From positions 928,001 through 992,000 of the forward strand of contig OY969695.1 in NCBI GenBank assembly GCA_963701965.1: DNA of 64,000 nucleotides. The letters run 5' to 3'. The notes under the pieces were generated by a model, which made no database searches, had not been told where the DNA came from, and saw only the letters and a list, made by a program, of their open reading frames with translations. The stretch is from an uncultured Gemmatimonadales bacterium (lineage in GTDB: Bacteria; Gemmatimonadota; Gemmatimonadetes; Gemmatimonadales; Gemmatimonadaceae). Positions 52,347 through 63,388 of this stretch are shown piece by piece; position 1 is the first letter of the stretch; the number at the start of each line of letters is the position of its first letter. Made by a program: the position numbers and the translations under genes.

Positions 52347-54138
52347 TACGGTCGGCTACATCCGCGTGAGCAAGGAAGAACAGGCAGGAGAAACCAAGAC
52401 GTCCTTGGCCACGCAACGCGCCCAAATCACTGCGCTAGCCGCACGCCTCGGTCGTTCTCTGCCTCCGACGGCCATTTTCGCGGATCCCGGCGTAAGCGGC
52501 CAGACGGCCGAGGGGCGCCCCGCTTTTATGGCCCTCGTCGCCTTTTGCGAGGGTCACAAGCGATCGCGGCGGTCCGAAGGATTCGTCCTCGTCTTAAACG
52601 ACAGCCGCTTCGGACGCTTCCACGATCCGGAGGAGGCGGCCTACTGGAGAATCACGCTCCAACGCCTTGGGTGGATTGTCAGATACGCGGAGAACGACGA
52701 CACCACTGATCCCACGGTGCGCACCCTCATGCGCGCAATCGGGTCATCCACGGCTTCTGCGTATACCGCGCAGCTCCGAGCCAACACCACGCGCGGCAGT
52801 AGAGGCGCGGCAGCACAGGGATTCTGGTGCGGCCGCGCCCCGATCGGATATCGGCGCGTTGCTACCCGCAACGGCCAGGACCCCATCGTCCTGCCGAATG
52901 GCGTCAGGAAAGCGGATGACCAAGTGACACGCCTAACGCTCGGACCAGCGGAGGAGGTTGAACTGGTCCGCTGGATATTCAGCTCATACGCGAGCGGCGC
53001 GGAGTCCCTTCGTTCACTGGCATTGAAGCTTCGCAAACGCCAACCGGATAAAAGGTGGTCCGGACCCGTCGTTCAGAAGCTCCTCCGCAATATGACCTAC
53101 CTCGGTCACGTGATCTGGGGCCGTCGTCCCGGCAACGAGCGTGAACGACGTGAGCTTGGAATACGACCAGAGAGCGAGTGGACTGTGGCACGAGCCGCGC
53201 ATCCCGCAATTATCGACCAGTACTTGTTCGACAGGGTGCAGCAGAGGCTCGCCACAAACAGGCGAACGCTTCGCTCCGTGGTCGGCGGCTACTCCTTGTC
53301 TGGTCTCCTAACGTGCGCACATTGCGGCGTACCTTATTGGGGCGGTGGCGGCTCTATCAATTACAAAGACCCGAGCGACCTCGACCGATACCGGTTCTAT
53401 CGGCACGGGCAGATCGACGACCCAGCCGAGTGTGTTGGGCAACGCGGCACCCTGAAACGGCGCCTGGTCGAACCGGCGGTCGTCGAGGCGGTGGCGGCAG
53501 CCGTGGAGAAGCCTGTGGTCCGCAAGGCCATCGCCGACGCACTGGATGCGGCGCTGGCAAGCCGGAAACGCGGCGCGACGGGGCGGGCTGACCGTCTGCA
53601 AGCGCGGCAGGCTCAGTTGCGGGCAGAACATGCCCGGCTCGTAGCTGCTGTCTCCAGGGGCGTCCTCGACGATTCAGACGCGCGCGATGGCCTCGCCAAG
53701 CTCCGGGCCGAGGAGGCCGACATCGCGGCCCAATTGGAGCAGGTACGCTTCGGGGATCGCGCCGCGACCCGCTTTCGCACAGAACGCAGCGAATTGCTCG
53801 CCTTTGCCTCAGATTTTCGCAGCCGGGCGAGTCAGGTGTCAGGTCTGGCATTGCGCGAGCTGCTGCGGCCTTGGATTGCCAGCGCCACAGTCGATCGAGA
53901 GTCGCATTTTATCGACCTGGCGATTCGGAAGGTGCCGGCGGCCGGTCCATTTTTACCGTCGTCGCATTCTGCCGGGGACAGATTCACCGTCATGCGACGG
54001 GGAGGGACGGTGAAATCCGAGTTCACGAGCGCGGCGTTGACGCGCTCGCGGCTTTCCTTCACGGCGTTCGTCGGCAGACCGACAATGGTCCAACTGGGAA
54101 GGCCGAGGGCGGCGTCGACTTCGACGACGACCTCGTAG
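52288..54138 (+). CDS. Large serine recombinase (ICE integrase)
   Basis: GYIRVS, DPGVSG..RPAF, SRFGR, APIGY, LSGLLTCAHCG and a coiled coil; RBS GGGGAG before ATG 52288; the ORF reads across the att site. Confidence 0.95.
   Translation: MQRTTAVPAAVPTLPDPATDTVGYIRVSKEEQAGETKTSLATQRAQITALAARLGRSLPPTAIFADPGVSGQTAEGRPAFMALVAFCEGHKRSRRSEGFVLVLNDSRFGRFHDPEEAAYWRITLQRLGWIVRYAENDDTTDPTVRTLMRAIGSSTASAYTAQLRANTTRGSRGAAAQGFWCGRAPIGYRRVATRNGQDPIVLPNGVRKADDQVTRLTLGPAEEVELVRWIFSSYASGAESLRSLALKLRKRQPDKRWSGPVVQKLLRNMTYLGHVIWGRRPGNERERRELGIRPESEWTVARAAHPAIIDQYLFDRVQQRLATNRRTLRSVVGGYSLSGLLTCAHCGVPYWGGGGSINYKDPSDLDRYRFYRHGQIDDPAECVGQRGTLKRRLVEPAVVEAVAAAVEKPVVRKAIADALDAALASRKRGATGRADRLQARQAQLRAEHARLVAAVSRGVLDDSDARDGLAKLRAEEADIAAQLEQVRFGDRAATRFRTERSELLAFASDFRSRASQVSGLALRELLRPWIASATVDRESHFIDLAIRKVPAAGPFLPSSHSAGDRFTVMRRGGTVKSEFTSAALTRSRLSFTAFVGRPTMVQLGRPRAASTSTTTS
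53946..53977 (+). other. ICE att site, right junction
   Basis: Arm TCCATTTTTACCGTCGTC plus core GCCGGGG at 53971-53977. Confidence 0.85.
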
Positions 54139-54182
54139 GCATTGATGCCGTCGACCGCCGCTGACCGTACGCAGGCGTGCAC
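53971..54182 (-). pseudogene. comM: ComM/YifB 5' part
   Basis: GINAYEVVVEVD..GLPSWTIVGLPTNAVKESRERV..RMTVNLSPA. Confidence 0.95.
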
Positions 54183-54219
54183 GCCGCCAGCATAGCGGCG
54201 CGCTCCGGTCACCCCATCA

Positions 54220-55476
54220 TCATCGCGCGACGAGGATAGGCCAGAGTGGTCCGATGTCGCCGTCGATCGGCCCGGTCTTCAGTCCGAGGATGTGCGCGAT
54301 CAGCGGATAGACGTCGATGTTCTGGAACGACGGGACCGTGACGCCGTGCTTGATCTGCGGGCCGGCGGCGAAGAAGCTCGCCTTCATCTCCGGGATCTTC
54401 GCCGGATCGAAGCCGTGGGCGCCGACCTCGTGGGGGCGTGATTGAGTCGGCGTCACGACGCGGACCAGGTACGGACCGTTCGTGACGACCATGGGATCGC
54501 CGGAGCGCGCATTGGCGTCGTCGTGGAGCCACGCGGGGAGCTCGGCGCGACGCACGACGGTGAACTTGTCGCTGGCATGGGCGAGCGCGGCCACGATATG
54601 GGCCGCGTCGCTATCGGAGCGCGCGTACATCAATGGGCCGTTGGTCTTGTCGACATGGGACGCGATGTCGGGCTCGAACTGATCGAGGCTGATCCAGTCA
54701 CCCTCGACCGTGACCATGCCGTGATCGGCCACGACGACCAGATCAATCGGGAGATGGAGGGCGGTGAGCGCCGAGTCCAGCGTGCCAATGTTCTGGTCCA
54801 GCGCATGGACGGCTTCGGCCAGCTGCGGGCTGTCCGGACCATAGGCGTGGCCGGCGTCGTCCGCGTCCGACATGTACAGCGTGATGAAGTGCGGGCGCTG
54901 ATCCGGCGGGAGGCGCAGCCAGTCGATGACCTGTCGGACGCGCGCCGGGTTTGGGACCTTCTTGTCGTACTTGAGATAGTACGAGGGCCGCACCCCCTGG
55001 ATCGCGGCTTCCGACCCCGGCCAGAAGAAATCCGCGGCGCGCATACCCTGTTGCTCGGCCAAGACCCAGAGCGGCGTGCCCGCATACCAACTGCCATCGG
55101 TCACGGTCGTCGAGTCGCCCAAGCTGTAACTCTGGTGGCGCGCCGGATCGTAGAACGAGTTGGCGACGATGCCGTCGTGCTCCGGGTAGAGACCGGTGAC
55201 GATCGCGTAGTGGTTGGGGAACGTCAGCGACGGGTACACGGGGATCATTCCGTTCGGCGCGCTCGCCCCGCGCGCCGCGATGGCCGTCAGGTGCGTCGCG
55301 TGGTAGCGCGCGGCATAGTCGTAGCGAAACCCATCCAGCGATACCAACACGACGTAGGGCTTGGACCGGGCCGACACCGAGTTCGGCGCGTTGGGCGCCG
55401 TGAGGACAGGAACAGTCTGAGCCGGGCAGGGCGCCGCCGCGAGGAGCGCCACTGGGAGGAAGAGGGCGCGAAGCAT
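54220..55476 (-). CDS. Ectonucleotide pyrophosphatase/phosphodiesterase (alkaline phosphatase superfamily)
   Basis: VSLDGFRYDY, PSLTFPNHY..TGLYP, ADHGM and GAHGFD. Confidence 0.95.
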   Translation of the reverse strand: MLRALFLPVALLAAAPCPAQTVPVLTAPNAPNSVSARSKPYVVLVSLDGFRYDYAARYHATHLTAIAARGASAPNGMIPVYPSLTFPNHYAIVTGLYPEHDGIVANSFYDPARHQSYSLGDSTTVTDGSWYAGTPLWVLAEQQGMRAADFFWPGSEAAIQGVRPSYYLKYDKKVPNPARVRQVIDWLRLPPDQRPHFITLYMSDADDAGHAYGPDSPQLAEAVHALDQNIGTLDSALTALHLPIDLVVVADHGMVTVEGDWISLDQFEPDIASHVDKTNGPLMYARSDSDAAHIVAALAHASDKFTVVRRAELPAWLHDDANARSGDPMVVTNGPYLVRVVTPTQSRPHEVGAHGFDPAKIPEMKASFFAAGPQIKHGVTVPSFQNIDVYPLIAHILGLKTGPIDGDIGPLWPILVAR

Positions 55477-55572
55477 GGGGAACGGATAGCCACGCGCCGT
55501 TCGGCGCGCAGCCGGACGTCCTCCCTGTTGCCAGGTCGTGACCGGCGTAGCGGCGACGGTCTATCTTTGTAA

Positions 55573-56215
55573 ATGGCCGATCAATTCGACGTGCAGGCGC
55601 TCATCGTCACGCAGGAGCTGCCGGTGCGGGCCGAGCGACTCGAAGGCGACCGCGCGCCCGAGTCCCTCCGGCCCGGTACGGTCTGCCTCGGCCTCTTCCT
55701 CGGACCCCAACTCGTCTCCCGTTTCGAGGTGGACCTGGAAGACGAGGAGGCCATCGGGCGCAAGGGATTCTTCGGCGAGCCCCGCCGGCTCGTGCTTTAC
55801 GGCATGGCCTATCCGCCCGGCGTGCAAGGCCGGCTCATGGCCCTCATCCCCGAGACCCTGATCGCGGACGCCGAACCCTGGGAAGCGGACAGCCAGTCGT
55901 ACGAGCGAGAGACGTCCGACCAGGGCGAAGGGCCGCTCGCCGAGTTGCTGGCCGGCATGCGGCAGTTGCCCGTCGGGGACCTCGTGCGCTATGACGCCAT
56001 GCGCAAATTCCCGGACGACCTCGCGGCGGAGTTAGCCGACATGTTGGCCAACGCCGTGCACCGCGGGGCCCAAGACATCGTCGATCACGCCTTGGCCGCC
56101 ATGGAGCACGAGTTCGGCGCCAGTACACACGGCGATGCGCCGAACGACGGAGAAGAGAAAGAGGACGGAAAAGAAGAAGAAGAAGAAAGAAGAAGAAGAA
56201 GAAAAAGACGACTAA
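55573..56215 (+). CDS. Hypothetical protein with an acidic tail (probable 1-bp frameshift in the GAA run)
   Basis: Coherent ORF up to a GAA-rich stretch; the shifted frame ends EEEEKDD* at 56215. Confidence 0.65.
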
Positions 56216-56706
56216 GGCCCGATCGAGCGCGCCTGCACCTCTTCGGCCGTCAGGCCGTAGATGGGCGGCGTCGCCACCCCGCGTATGGCGAGCATGAGAT
56301 AGAGCTGCCCGCGGTGGTGGGCCTCATGTTCCAAGTGGGCCCGGAGCCATTTCCAGACCGTGATCGGCGACCCCGCGGGTGTCTGGCACTTCTCCATCAT
56401 GCGCCCATCGCCCAAGCCCGCGAACTGTTCGCGGGCTTGGGCGTGCAGGTGGTCATAGTACGCCAACGTCGCCGGGAACCCCTCGGCCAACCCGGTCCCA
56501 TGCCCGGGATACCGCGTTGGCCGCCCCTGCACCGTCTCGGCGTACATGAACCGCTCGATGCCGGCCAAATGCCGGACCAGGCCGCCCATCGTGAACCATC
56601 CCGCTTTCGGCGCCCACTCGATGTCGCCGGGCGGGATCAGCACGACAATGCGGCGCGTCCGGGCATGGACGCGGTCCAACTGGTCGAGAAACGTCAATAA
56701 TTCCAC
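56212..56706 (-). CDS. DinB family protein
   Basis: LVRHLAGIE and HEAHHRGQLYLML. Confidence 0.88.
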   Translation of the reverse strand: MELLTFLDQLDRVHARTRRIVVLIPPGDIEWAPKAGWFTMGGLVRHLAGIERFMYAETVQGRPTRYPGHGTGLAEGFPATLAYYDHLHAQAREQFAGLGDGRMMEKCQTPAGSPITVWKWLRAHLEHEAHHRGQLYLMLAIRGVATPPIYGLTAEEVQARSIGP

Positions 56707-58403
56707 TGTCTCGTATCTTCTCCCCGCGGCGCGTGCTTCGTGATCGCCGCGGCCATCTCGCGGAGGATGCCCGCGTTGTTCGTGTGCTGCCACCCGTGCC
56801 CCTTCTCAGGGCGCCCATAGCGGAACTCCCCGGGCACGTGCGGCGCCTTCGTCGAGTCCAGGAACGCCTCGAGGTCGTACACCGCCAGGTTCAACGAGAA
56901 GTTGTCCATGTCTCCGACATTGACGTGAATCTTGTCGACCAACTGCGGCCCCTCGGTGGCCCAGTGGGCCGCCAGGTACGCCCGCAGGTCGTAGCCGTGA
57001 TCCCGCATGTAGTTCACCACGTCGTGATCGATGTGCCCGGTGCGCTTGTCCCACAGGGGCTTGGGGTAGCCGTCGGCGCCCACCGGCCCATAGACCGCTT
57101 CCCACGCCTCGAACTGCTGCGCCGAGCGCCCATGCGTGCCGAGGACCTCTTCCATCTGGCTGAACTGCTGCTCCGTGATGTACGGCTGTCCGTCGTTGCC
57201 GCGCATGATGATGCGCGACGGATGGAACCAGGGACTGACCGGGCTATTCGGTTCTTCGCCGACCGTGAACGCGTTCGTGTCCGCGTAGGCGTTCACCGCG
57301 TCGTAGTGCCGGAAATCCACGGGATCCGGATACAGCGTCCACGTGCCGCCGAAGAAGTCCGGGTGATAGATCTGCAGCGCGATCGACTCCCAGCCGCCGG
57401 TAGAACCCCCCGTGAGGACCCGGGCGTACGGCTTCGGGATCATGCGGAAATGCGACTCGAGATACGGCACGAGCTCTTTCAGGAGGGCGTCGCCATATGG
57501 GCCGTTGTTCGCCGAATTCACCGCGTACGAGTCATCGAAATACGGCGTCGGATGCTGCCACGTGACCGCGATGAAGCGGGGGAAGTTCGGTCCGTCCCAC
57601 GTGCGATAGAAACCGAAGCCCGGCGTCTGATTGTAATTCGCCATCCGGGCCACCAGCGCGGGCGACGGCGGCGTGCTGTCCGTGGTGAAGCCCAGCGGCG
57701 GGCGCAACCCGAAGTGCCCTTGCTGATACACGACCGGGTAGTGCGCGTTGGGATGTTCATCGTAGCCCTTCGGCAAGAGCACCGTGGCGCCGAGAAAGAC
57801 CGGATGGCCCCAGAAGTCCGACAGCATCTTGCTCTGGATCTTGATGTGCTTCACCCACTTCGTGTCCTCCGGCATCGTGACCGCCGGCAGCGCACGGCTC
57901 AACGCCACGTGGACGCGGTAGCCCGCGGTGGGGTCCAGGTGGACCCGCTGCACGGCGCTCACCAGGTTGCCCGGGGACGTCGAGAAGTGCTGGCCTTCCC
58001 ACTGGTCCATGTGACCCCAGATCGTGTGGCCATCGGATCGCTTGAATTGCGTATAGACGTTGAAGATCGCTTGGACGTAGTAGTCCCCTGGCGGAACGTT
58101 CCGCAGCGACGACATCGGGAACCCGAGCGTCGTGTCGGTGACGAGGGCCGGCTGATCCGGCTTGAGCTCACTGACGTCCGCGCCGAACGTCGCGACCTCC
58201 GTCCCGAATCCGCCGAGGCGCTCGCGCGGCTCCGGCGTGGAATCGTGCGTGATCAACACGAACACGCGGCCCGTGATCGGTTCGGCGTGCAACGATTGCG
58301 GAAACGTGACGGCGACCTCGAGCGGGGCGGCGTCGGTCTGCGTGCGGCAGGCGAGCGCCAGTGCACTCGCGGCGATGACTACGGCGGCGCGATAGGGTCT
58401 CAT
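56694..58403 (-). CDS. Alpha/beta hydrolase (esterase-like) lipoprotein
   Basis: LALAC lipobox, VLLPKGY..YPVVY and TGGSTGGW. Confidence 0.85.
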   Translation of the reverse strand: MRPYRAAVVIAASALALACRTQTDAAPLEVAVTFPQSLHAEPITGRVFVLITHDSTPEPRERLGGFGTEVATFGADVSELKPDQPALVTDTTLGFPMSSLRNVPPGDYYVQAIFNVYTQFKRSDGHTIWGHMDQWEGQHFSTSPGNLVSAVQRVHLDPTAGYRVHVALSRALPAVTMPEDTKWVKHIKIQSKMLSDFWGHPVFLGATVLLPKGYDEHPNAHYPVVYQQGHFGLRPPLGFTTDSTPPSPALVARMANYNQTPGFGFYRTWDGPNFPRFIAVTWQHPTPYFDDSYAVNSANNGPYGDALLKELVPYLESHFRMIPKPYARVLTGGSTGGWESIALQIYHPDFFGGTWTLYPDPVDFRHYDAVNAYADTNAFTVGEEPNSPVSPWFHPSRIIMRGNDGQPYITEQQFSQMEEVLGTHGRSAQQFEAWEAVYGPVGADGYPKPLWDKRTGHIDHDVVNYMRDHGYDLRAYLAAHWATEGPQLVDKIHVNVGDMDNFSLNLAVYDLEAFLDSTKAPHVPGEFRYGRPEKGHGWQHTNNAGILREMAAAITKHAPRGEDTRQWNY

Positions 58404-58475
58404 GTAGCGCAAGGTATGCGAAACGGACGTGGTCGCCACTGGCACGTATCGCCGACCGCCGCCAAGCTACAACAT

Positions 58476-59231
58476 ATGACGCCATGGGTCCGGCGACTTC
58501 TCGTCGCCAATATCGTGATGTACGGGTTGCAGAACGTCGTGCCGTCGGTCACGCCGGCGCTCGAGTTCGTACCGGCCGCCGTGTTTCTGCGTCCGTGGAC
58601 CATCATCACCTACATGTTCCTGCACGGCAGCATCACCCACATCCTGTTCAACATGCTGGCGCTGTACTGGTTTGGCTCCCGGGTCGAGGAGCGGCTGGGC
58701 GGCCGGCAGTTCATCACCCTGTATTTCTCGAGCGGCATCGGCGGCGGCCTCCTCTCCGTCGTCCTGGCGCCGATGGCACCCATCATCGGCGCCTCCGGGG
58801 CCATCATGGGCGTGATGGTGGCGTATGCGAAGTACTGGCCGCGCGAGCGCATTTACATCTGGGGGGTCCTCCCGATCGAGGCGTGGATGCTCGTCGTCGG
58901 GTACGTGCTCTTCGACCTGGCCGGATTCGGCGCCAACGTCGCGCACTTCGCGCACCTGGGCGGCGTGGCCACGGGATTCCTGTACTTGTCGTGGACGGAG
59001 TGGCGCTCCCCCGCGCGGGCGTTTCGCCGGCGCGTCGGCGGCCCGGTGGTGGCGCGCCCCAGCCCCAACGGCGACCAACTCAAAAAATGGCGCGAGATCC
59101 GGCTCGACGATCTCCACCCCATCAACCGGGACGAGATCGTGCGGCTCCTGCAGAAAGCGCAGGCCCAGGGCGCGAAGAGCTTGACGCCCGAAGAGCGCGC
59201 CACCCTCAACCGGTTCGCCGGGATCTCCTAG
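58476..59231 (+). CDS. Rhomboid intramembrane serine protease
   Basis: YMFLH..HILFNM, GASGA and AHFAHLGG. Confidence 0.93.
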   Translation: MTPWVRRLLVANIVMYGLQNVVPSVTPALEFVPAAVFLRPWTIITYMFLHGSITHILFNMLALYWFGSRVEERLGGRQFITLYFSSGIGGGLLSVVLAPMAPIIGASGAIMGVMVAYAKYWPRERIYIWGVLPIEAWMLVVGYVLFDLAGFGANVAHFAHLGGVATGFLYLSWTEWRSPARAFRRRVGGPVVARPSPNGDQLKKWREIRLDDLHPINRDEIVRLLQKAQAQGAKSLTPEERATLNRFAGIS

Positions 59232-59235
59232 TCGC

Positions 59236-59793
59236 ATGCGCATCCGCGGATGCGACGTCGTCGTGGAGAACACGCGCCCGGACATTGAGACCGCGTTCGT
59301 GGTGGCGCGCTTCGACGCCGCGTTGGCGCTCATGGAGCGCTACCAACCGTGGCGGCTCCGCCACGTGCGTCGCGACATCGCGCATTTCTGGATCGTCGCC
59401 TACCCGTGCCGCGGCGCGTATTTCCCGGCCCAACGCGTGATCATGACGGAGCTGAGCTTCCTGGCGCGGGCCGCCGAGTTCTCGCCGGCCGTCATTGCGT
59501 CCTCGATCCTTCACGAAGGCGTACACGCGCGCGTGCACCGCATGCGCGAGCGCCTCGGTCTTCTCGCCCGCCGCACGGACCCGGCGCGCGAGGAGCGCCT
59601 CTGCCGCCGCGCCGAGCTGGCGTTCGGCCTGGCGCTCCCGCGCGATGTGGGCGCGCCGGTCGTGGAGCGGGCCGCCGCGTCGCTGGCGCTCGACGACGCC
59701 GACGTGGCGCCGGTCATCGATTGGGACGCGGCCCACGCCGCCAAGTCCCGCGAGCAGCGCGCGGCCGTCGACGCCTGGCGCCGGAGCCGCTAG
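59236..59793 (+). CDS. Hypothetical protein with HExxH motif
   Basis: ILHEGVHAR..REE. Confidence 0.65.
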   Translation: MRIRGCDVVVENTRPDIETAFVVARFDAALALMERYQPWRLRHVRRDIAHFWIVAYPCRGAYFPAQRVIMTELSFLARAAEFSPAVIASSILHEGVHARVHRMRERLGLLARRTDPAREERLCRRAELAFGLALPRDVGAPVVERAAASLALDDADVAPVIDWDAAHAAKSREQRAAVDAWRRSR

Positions 59794-60572
59794 GGACTCT
59801 CCAGCAGACGCGCCGCAAGCTCGCGCACGATCTTGGCCGCCACCCACGCCGTCGTCCCCAGTGGGTCGACCGACGGGTTGAATTCCACGACGTCGGCGGC
59901 GACCACGCGGGCCTGCACGCTTTGGATCGCGTCGATGAGCTGCCGGGTCGACAAGCCGCCAGGCTCCCGATGCGACACGCCGGGCGCGAACGCGGGGTCG
60001 AGAACGTCCAGATCGACGGAGATATAGAGCGGGTCGTCGAACGACAGCACCCGGCCGTCGCGCCACTCGCGCATGGTCACCACTTCCACGCCGAACCGCT
60101 CCGCCTGCGCGCGCTGGTGGGCGTTGAGCGTCCGAATGCCGACCTGCACGAGCCGGTCGACCAGGCCGTCTTCCATGATGCGCGCGAACGGACTGCCGTG
60201 CGACAAGCGGTCGCCGTCGAGCGCATCGTACAGGTCGGGATGCGCGTCGAACAGCAGCAGCGCCAGGCGGGGGTAGGCCGGCCGCACGCCGCGCACGAGT
60301 GGGTAGGTGATCGAGTGATCTCCGCCCAGGGCGATCGGCCGCGTCCCGGTGGCGATGAGCGCCGCCATCCGCGCCGCGGCGTCGGGCAGTGCCACGTCGC
60401 CGGCATCGGCGAGCGTGCCCGGCGCGCGCAGATCGACCATCGACTCCGTCCAGCCGTTGGTGGCTTCGGAATGGAGCGTGTGGCGAATCAGCGCGGGCGC
60501 CCCAGCGGAACCGCGCAGGAACGATGACGAGGCGTCGTAGGGCACGCCGAGCATCGTGACGCGGGCCGTCAC
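59790..60572 (-). CDS. Agmatinase/arginase family ureohydrolase
   Basis: LGGDHSIT, FDAHPD, SHGS and DLDVLDPAFAPG. Confidence 0.93.
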   Translation of the reverse strand: MTARVTMLGVPYDASSSFLRGSAGAPALIRHTLHSEATNGWTESMVDLRAPGTLADAGDVALPDAAARMAALIATGTRPIALGGDHSITYPLVRGVRPAYPRLALLLFDAHPDLYDALDGDRLSHGSPFARIMEDGLVDRLVQVGIRTLNAHQRAQAERFGVEVVTMREWRDGRVLSFDDPLYISVDLDVLDPAFAPGVSHREPGGLSTRQLIDAIQSVQARVVAADVVEFNPSVDPLGTTAWVAAKIVRELAARLLESP

Positions 60573-63330
60573 CTAGCGATTGTCCGCCAACAGGGGTTGG
60601 AAGCTGGCGACGGGTCGCAGGGGCGCCCACGTCGGGTCGATGCGCAGCCACGCCGGCGTGATGACCTGCGCCGGAATGCGCAGCGCCGTCGCCATGGCCT
60701 GCACCGCGCCGTCACTGTCCCCGGTGATCATGCGGACGCGCGCCAGGTACGTGAAGATCTGGCCGGCCGTGAACGGGTCGCCGCGCATCGGCGCCAGGGC
60801 GATGGCGCGGCTGACCGCGCGGATGGCCTCGTCGTTCCGTCCGCCCATCGCATCGGCCAGCGCCAGCAGGCCGTAGTTGACGCCGTCCGTGGAATCCTCG
60901 GCCACATCACGGGTGGCCGCGACGCGGGCCGAGTCGGCGTAGGCGCGGGCCCTGATCGAGTCGCCCTGGACCTGATACAGGTCGGCGCGCGCCAGCGCCC
61001 AGTCGCCGCGCCCCAGCTGGGTCACGTTCTCGAACGTCTTGAGTGGCGTGCCCAGGACGAGGCGCTGCTCCGAAGGGTCGAGCACCCAGGCGAAGTCCGG
61101 GCCCAACGCCATTTGACAGTAGAGCGCCGTCCGATCGACGCCGGGCGGGGGATCCTGGAGCACGGCGCGCGCGCCGGGCAGATCGCCCGCCATGAGATAC
61201 GTGAGCGTCGTGAAGAAGATGGCGTGCAGGTTGGTCGGATCGATCGCCTCGATCCGCTGCGCGTACCTCCGCGATCGCGGATAGTCGTGGGCGAACGCCG
61301 ACGCCAACGTCGCGCTGAAGAGGAGCGAGATGTCGGCGGGATCGATCGCCAGTCCGCGATCCGCGGCCGCCTGGCTCTCGGCGTACCGCCCCAGCTTGAT
61401 CAGGACCGACGACGAGCGGTTGGCGACCGAGACAGACCGCGGATCCAGCGCCTGCATGCGCTCGAGACGCCGCAGCGCCAGGTCGGGATGGCCGAGGGCC
61501 AGTTCCGCCGTGGCCATGGCGCCGAGCGCCTCGACATCGTTCGGGGTCTGGATCAGCGCCAGCGAGTCCTCCAGGCGCGCCCGTTCCTCGTCGTTGGCCA
61601 CCCGCGAGTAGTATCCGCCGAGCGCCAGATAGGCCTGCGACAGCCCGGGGGACAAGGCCAGCGCGCGATCGGCGTGGGCTTTGATGCGATCCCCGAACTC
61701 TGGCGACGGGTTGTTGCGATACACGCGCGACTCGACCAGCGCCAACCGCGCCCAGGCGCGCGCGAATCCGGAGTCCAGCGTGACCGCCTGCTGAAAGTCG
61801 GCGGTCGCGCGCCGAATCGAGGCAATGTCGACGCCGAGCGTGCGCGGCAAGAGGGCTTCGCCCTGGAGATACGCGTCATACGCGGCGACGTTCGGCGTCG
61901 GCTTGGCGGCCAAGGACGCCCGTTGCCCGGCGCCCAGCGTCACGCCCAATGCTTCGGCCACCTGCTGGGCGATGGCCGTCTGGATGCCGAAGACGTCCGT
62001 GAGCGTGGTGTCGTAGGGCGCCGACCACCGGTCGGTCGAGCTGGAGACGTCGACCAGCTCGGGGTCGACCTGAATGCGTCCGCTGACCCCCGAGGCGTGC
62101 GCCCACCGCACTTTCCCCATCAACAGGTACCGGACGTTCAGCTCCCGGCCGACGTCCTGCAACCGCTTGGCCGTGTGCCGGTATTGGGCGGAACTGCCCG
62201 ACGCGATCACCTCGACGCCCGGCAGCGCCGTGAGCTTGGCGCGAATGGCGTCGGTGAGTCCGTCGGCGAAGTACGCCTGCGTCGAATCACCCAGGTTGTC
62301 GAAGGGCAGCACCGCCAGGCGGACGGGCACAGGCTTCACCTTGTGGAACGCGGTCCACATGGCGGCGATCTCAATGAACGCCAGGGCACCCAAGACGAGC
62401 ATCACGGTCGACGGCCGCCGTCCCGACGCCCGGACCCGGCGCGTCGTCGGGGCCGTCGTCACCGCGGCCGTCTCGTCGACCTCCAACGCCGTGGCGAAAT
62501 CCGCCGCCGAGGAAAACCGGTCGACGGGCAGCGGGGCGAGGGCGCGGCGGATGGCCAAGTCGACGCCCTCGGGCACCGAAGGCCGGGCCCAGCGCACGGA
62601 GGGCACGGCTCCGCTCATCCGCTTGGCGGCGATCGTTTGCGCCGTCGCGCCGGCGAACGGCGGCTCGCCCGCGAGCGCCTCGTAGAGCACCGTGGCCAGC
62701 GTATACACGTCGGAGCGCGCATCGAGCTCGCGCTCGCCCGCGGCCTGCTCGGGACTCATGTAGGCGGGCGTCCCCATGCTCACGCCGGTCTCGGTCAGCG
62801 GGCTCTCGGTGACGCCGGTCGGCGTGAGCACGCGCGCGATCCCGAAATCGGCGATCATGGCGTTCAGGCCCTGATTGGCGTCGCCCGAGAGCAGAATATT
62901 TTCCGGCTTGATGTCGCGGTGGACGACGCCGTGCCGGTGCGCATAGTCGACAGCCAGGGCGACGTCGCGCACGATGCGAATCGCATCGGCCACGCGCAGC
63001 TGCTTCTCCCGCGTCAGCCGGGCGCGGAGGGTTTCTCCGTCGACGTACGGCATCGTGTACCACAGAATGCCCCGTGCCCGTCTCCCCGGAGTCGTAGACG
63101 GACACAATGTGGCTGTGCCTGAGACGCGCCGCGAGCGTGATCTCGCGCCGAAAACGCTCGGCGCCCACGTAGGCGGCGAGGTGCGGATGCAGGACCTTGA
63201 GGGCGACGTGGCGATCGTGCTTCACGTCGCGCGCCAGAAAGACCGTCGCCATACCCCCGCGCCCGAGCTCGCGCTCGATCGTATAAGCCGAGCCCAAGTC
63301 GGATTGGAGTTGCTGGGTCAGGTCGCGCAC
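60573..63330 (-). CDS. Ser/Thr protein kinase with TM, TolB-like and TPR domains (frameshift near 63080)
   Basis: LGRGGMATV, VALKV, HRDIKPEN, DFGIA, GTPAYMSPEQ and LAVLPFDNL. Confidence 0.92.
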
Positions 63331-63388
63331 GCCGCTAATTTGCTGCTGAGACACAGGTTTCGGGGAGTTCTCGTTTATGTCAACGGCC

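Larger units (their letters stand above)
6622..53970. mobile_element. Integrative conjugative element (~47.3 kb) in comM, with serine integrase, Trb-type T4SS and relaxase
   Basis: Split comM rejoins in frame at a shared core; a terminal large serine recombinase, the trb operon, traG, traF, mobC and relaxase lie inside. Confidence 0.92.

Noticed and set aside
56151..56215. GAA-rich repeat and the 375-aa read-through ORF to 56700
   Set aside because: It encodes a poly-Glu tail; one extra A explains the read-through into antisense DinB. It is not a functional repeat array.
56733..58475. Apparent long N-terminal extension of the rhomboid
   Set aside because: It is antisense to the esterase gene; the real start is ATG 58476.
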